Of a stretch of DNA of 40,359 nt, positions 37,282 through 40,359 are shown piece after piece (within the stretch, counting starts at the first letter, position 1; the number at the start of each line of letters is the position of its first letter). Location: contig CAYVSA010000008.1 in assembly GCA_964454175.1 (NCBI GenBank), positions 1 through 40,359 on the forward strand. Direction: 5' to 3'. A program made the translations under genes and the position numbers. Below the pieces are notes generated by a model that did no database searches, was not told where the DNA came from, and worked only from the letters and a program-made list of their open reading frames with translations. This DNA comes from an uncultured Pseudomonadota bacterium (lineage in GTDB: Bacteria > BMS3Abin14).

Positions 37282-37464
37282 TCAGACCTCCTCAACCTCT
37301 ATCACCTTACGCCCCCGGTAAAAACCGCAGTGGGAACAGACCCTGTGAGGCATCTTGGGTTCTCCGCACTTTGCACAGACGGAGCTTTTCGGCATCTCCA
37401 GGCTATCGTGGGACCGCCTTCTCCTCGTGCGTGATTTGGATGTTTTCTGCTTCGGTACCGGCAT
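37282..37464 (-). CDS. rpmF: 50S ribosomal protein L32 (zinc-binding, four Cys)
   Basis: MPVPKQKTSKSR...CAKC...PHRVCSHCGFY; AGGAG RBS before ATG 37464. Confidence 0.97.
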   Translation of the reverse strand: MPVPKQKTSKSRTRRRRSHDSLEMPKSSVCAKCGEPKMPHRVCSHCGFYRGRKVIEVEEV

Positions 37465-37527
37465 TTCGACTCTCCTTCTATTCAGCCCGCAAAACAAGCG
37501 GCGCTGTATTGGCTGAAAATGTTCATT

Positions 37528-38046
37528 CTAGTCGTCTTTTTTCCTGAGACCCGCAAGGGCGTTCCATCTCGGGTCGATGTTCTCGCCGCCGCAGGTGCAC
37601 TCACCACCATCTGCGACCCTGCCGCACCTGGGGCAGAGGCCCTGACATTTTTCTGAACACAGGGGCTTCATGGGCAGCGACAATCTAATCTGCTCTTCGA
37701 CCAGATGTCCAAGATCGAGGGCATCGCCGTCGAAGTACTCCACGTTCAGGTCGTCAGATGCCAGCTCCATGTCGTCTCCCCTCCGCTCTGCGGAAAGGGG
37801 GCGCAGCTCAACCAACACCTCTTCAGCCACAGACCGGAAAATATCCTCCAGACACCGCGAGCACTGCAGACGCACAGAGCCCACGACTGAGCCTTTGACC
37901 AGAAGTTGAGAGCCTATTCTGTCAACCCTTAATGCGGCGGTTATCGGTCCTGCAGCGAGGATCGATTCCGCCTCAGGGCTATCCGGGTCCAGCTTAAACT
38001 CAACGTTCAGCCCCTCATGGGGAATTTCACCAAGCCGGAGGATCAT
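37528..38046 (-). CDS. yceD: YceD/DUF177 family protein
   Basis: CSRCL, PMKPLCSEKCQGLCPRCG, DPRW motifs; directly upstream of rpmF. Confidence 0.92.
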   Translation of the reverse strand: MILRLGEIPHEGLNVEFKLDPDSPEAESILAAGPITAALRVDRIGSQLLVKGSVVGSVRLQCSRCLEDIFRSVAEEVLVELRPLSAERRGDDMELASDDLNVEYFDGDALDLGHLVEEQIRLSLPMKPLCSEKCQGLCPRCGRVADGGECTCGGENIDPRWNALAGLRKKDD

Positions 38047-38074
38047 GGTAACCTCCCGTCAGGTCGAGATGAAA

Positions 38075-38103
38075 TAGATACAGCAAGCAGGTCCCTTTGT
38101 CAA
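38075..38103 (-). promoter_or_regulatory. Putative sigma70 promoter for yceD-rpmF-plsX-fab
   Basis: Perfect TTGACA, then N17, then TATCTA (weak -10), about 30 nt upstream of the yceD start. Confidence 0.45.
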
Positions 38104-38465
38104 TGTGCCCGACTACTTATTATAAACCCGGAAAACATCCGTTAATTCAAGATGATAGCACAGTTATTCAAACACATCATGACCCAGTCGGCACAGGTTG
38201 ACTGGAACTGATTTCGGCATCATTCAACTGGATACGCTTTCGCACAATTTATGCCGTGGTTCAGGATTGACAGGACCCGGAATACAGCATATCCCCGGCG
38301 CTGTTCCCGAAATCTGCAGACCCTGAATTGCCTACTATTATAGTCGGGCAATCGATTGCCAATTGCAGCTTAATCTTGTATGATTTCCGGAGTTTTGCAG
38401 GGGCCCGGTGACGCAGGACCCTGGACATAATTCGACTAGGCAATTGATCACATCAGGAGGTAATC

Positions 38466-39305
38466 ATGAGATCAAGAATTCTTTTTATCCTCTTTGTCTG
38501 CACATTTCTTCTGGTCCAGGCCCAGGCGTCCATGGCCGCCTTTGTTATACAGCAGCAGGGCACTATGAGCCTGAATGAAACCCCGCTGGACATTGCGGTG
38601 TCGTCAGACGGGCAGTGGTCTTTTGTTCTAACTTCAAAGGGGAACATCCACATTCTTGCAGCCAATGGCGCACCGGTACAGGTCCTCGCCGGCGCTGAAG
38701 GCTACGACAGGATCCAGTTCGCCGGCGGTAACAGGCTGGTACTGACCAGCAGTTCAAATAAGGAACTCAAGATCATAGTTCTGGACCAACTGCATGAACT
38801 GGACATCTCCAACTCACCCTACAGGGGACCATCAGATGCACGGGTATGGGTGGCTGTTTTTGACGACTTTCAGTGACCGTACTGCGCGAGGCTCATGCCT
38901 CTACTCGAGCAGGTGCTCGACAAGTACCCAAAGGATGTCAAGCTGATATACAAGAGCTTTCCCATCGCCAACCACAAGTATGCGAGGCAGGCGGCAGCCA
39001 CGGCTCTGGCTGCCTGGAAACAGGGGAAATTCTGGCAGGTCCATGATCTTTTTTTCAAAAACTTCAACAAGCTCAACGATACCGAGATCAGAAAAATCGC
39101 TCAGGGTCTTAAACTGGACATGAAAAAACTTGACAGAGACATAAAAAGCAACGAGATACAGAGTATGATAGACAGGGATATACAGGAAGGGCAAAGACAC
39201 GGCGTCAGGGGGACCCCTACCATATTCATAAATGGCAAGCTGCTCCAGCAGCGTTCCCTTGCCGGGTTCTCAGCGCTGATCGACAAAGAGCTTGGCAAAA
39301 AATAA
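38466..39305 (+). CDS. Secreted DsbA-like thioredoxin-fold selenoprotein (U137-P-Y-C140), 279 aa
   Basis: ORFs 38466-38876 and 38895-39305 are in the same frame, separated by TGA 38874-38876 which reads FDDFQ-U-PYC; signal peptide; GVRGTPT cis-Pro motif; AGGAGG RBS; SECIS-like hairpin downstream. Confidence 0.88.
38905..38920 (+). promoter_or_regulatory. Candidate bacterial SECIS hairpin
   Basis: TCGAGC-AGGT-GCTCGA perfect 6-bp stem with a G-containing loop starting 34 nt after the TGA; a second hairpin GAGGC-TCAT-GCCTC lies at 38888-38901. Confidence 0.6.
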
Positions 39306-39364
39306 TCGTGATTCGGTTCTTTTGAGCACCAGGGAGATTAGAGCCCTAACGGAGGCAATGACAG

Positions 39365-40150
39365 ATGAGAGCTGCAGTTAGAGTTGCCACTCTGATAATA
39401 ATATTTCTGGGGATCGCTGCCCTTCATCCTGTACTTCTCCAGGCATTTACAGGCGAGGGATGCTCTGAGGGGGCCTGCTCTGATTGCCACAGTCTGAAGG
39501 TCGACGAAGCGTCAAAGCTCCTCCAGGGGGTCGTGGAGAAGGTTGACCAGGTGGAATTTTCCGAAGTTCCGGGCCTCTGGGTCGTCCACGCCCGGGACAA
39601 GGGCAGGAAAGGCCTCGTGTACATTGATTTTTCCAAAGAATACCTGATATCAGGGCAAGTTATCAGAATATCCAACCGACAGAACATTACACGCAAGAAG
39701 TTCAGTGAGTCCGTGAGAGTGGATCCCGCCGTTATTCCCATTTCCGATGCCCTTGTGCTGGGCAGACGTAAAGCAAAGCATCAGGTTATTGTATTTACCG
39801 ATCCCCAGTGCCCATTTTGCAAGAAGCTGCATCCCGAACTTGTCAGAGCTGTTAAAATGGACCCGGAGGTGGCGTTTTTCATTAAACTCTACCCACTGCT
39901 GTCGATCCACCCCGACTCAGGCAGGATATCCCGCAGTATTGCCTGCTCCAGGTCAATTGATGTGCTGGAAGACAGTTTTGCCGGAAGGCCTGTCCCTGAT
40001 CCAGTATGCGAGACGGATATAGTGGAGAAAAACCGGGACCTGGCAAGTAAACTGGGAATAAACTCAACCCCGACCATGGTTCTTTCTGACGGACGGGTCG
40101 CCACGGGCGCCATGACGGCGGAAGAGATCCTGAAGTTGATATATAAATGA
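39365..40150 (+). CDS. dsbC: DsbC-family thiol:disulfide isomerase with N-terminal CxxCH motif
   Basis: Signal peptide; CSDCH; dimerisation-domain pattern (VPGLW...YIDFSKEYLISG); FTDPQCPFC; GINSTPT. Confidence 0.85.
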   Translation: MRAAVRVATLIIIFLGIAALHPVLLQAFTGEGCSEGACSDCHSLKVDEASKLLQGVVEKVDQVEFSEVPGLWVVHARDKGRKGLVYIDFSKEYLISGQVIRISNRQNITRKKFSESVRVDPAVIPISDALVLGRRKAKHQVIVFTDPQCPFCKKLHPELVRAVKMDPEVAFFIKLYPLLSIHPDSGRISRSIACSRSIDVLEDSFAGRPVPDPVCETDIVEKNRDLASKLGINSTPTMVLSDGRVATGAMTAEEILKLIYK

Positions 40151-40211
40151 CCCAGTTTCTGGTTTCTAGTGTCGCTTCGCTCCAGCCCCAGGTTCCAGGA
40201 GTGTTAAGAGC

Positions 40212-40331
40212 TGTCCAACGTCCAATGTCCTCTTGCCCCTAGCCTAAAGCCTACAGCTTACAGCCTACAGCCCATCTCCTATTGCCCCTTGCCTATAGCC
40301 CATCGCCCCTTGCCCTAGACCTCCTGCCTTT
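40212..40331. repeat. Long degenerate 7-nt tandem array (about 17 units, GTCCAAY then WGCCYNN)
   Basis: tgtccaa cgtccaa tgtcctc t tgcccct agcctaa agcctac agcttac agcctac agcccat ctcctat tgcccct tgcctat agcccat cgcccct tgcccta...; shares exact 17-mers with 7713-7729 and (inverted) 23502-23518. Confidence 0.88.
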
Positions 40332-40359
40332 CAACTATCTTACCTGCAGCTTCTGAAGT

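Noticed and set aside
38466-39305. Interpretation as two genes or a nonsense-mutated pseudogene
   Set aside because: The stop is TGA exactly at the catalytic Cys position, both halves look intact, and a SECIS-like hairpin follows; Sec recoding is more parsimonious
40212-40331. Possible CRISPR array or intrinsic terminator
   Set aside because: Units are 7 nt, contiguous and degenerate, with no spacers, no cas genes and no stem plus U-tract

Overview
A ~54% GC bacterial chromosomal window; gene content and order suggest an anaerobic deltaproteobacterial (Desulfobacterota-like) organism, which is inference. Positions 1-38046 are almost all minus-strand housekeeping genes in three blocks. (i) yceD-rpmF-plsX-fabH-[acyl-CoA dehydrogenase-etfB-etfA]-fabD-fabG-acpP-fabF. 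(ii) HAD hydrolase, M50 protease, OmpA/MotB lipoprotein, an unannotated 56-aa ORF, MBL hydrolase, PilZ, Mut7-C and DUF2905. (iii) lysS-lolC/E-lolD-bamA-skp-lpxD-fabZ-lpxA-lpxI-lpxB-msbA-DUF374-Trm112-lpxK-lpxL-gmhB-AMIN/DUF3108-waaA-waaF-waaC-ICMT-family methyltransferase-wecB-GT2. A divergent plus-strand pair closes the window: a secreted DsbA-like selenoprotein (in-frame TGA, U-P-Y-C, SECIS-like hairpin; split in two by the ORF track) and a DsbC-like protein with an N-terminal CxxCH. The most interesting observation is a Bcd/EtfAB module with electron-bifurcation hallmarks and a ferredoxin-fused EtfA. It sits in the FAS II operon between fabH and fabD, the slot FabK occupies in many Firmicutes, is translationally coupled to fabD, and no enoyl-ACP reductase gene is present in the window. 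It is a candidate Etf-dependent enoyl-ACP reductase (hypothesis). Also notable are the Sec-DsbA/heme-motif DsbC pair, a dispersed family of 7-nt tandem repeats (one inverted pair partly inside lpxL and gmhB), and an LmtA-like candidate lipid A methyltransferase. No CRISPR array, tRNA, rRNA or transposase was recognised. All family calls come from motif recognition by eye, not database searches.
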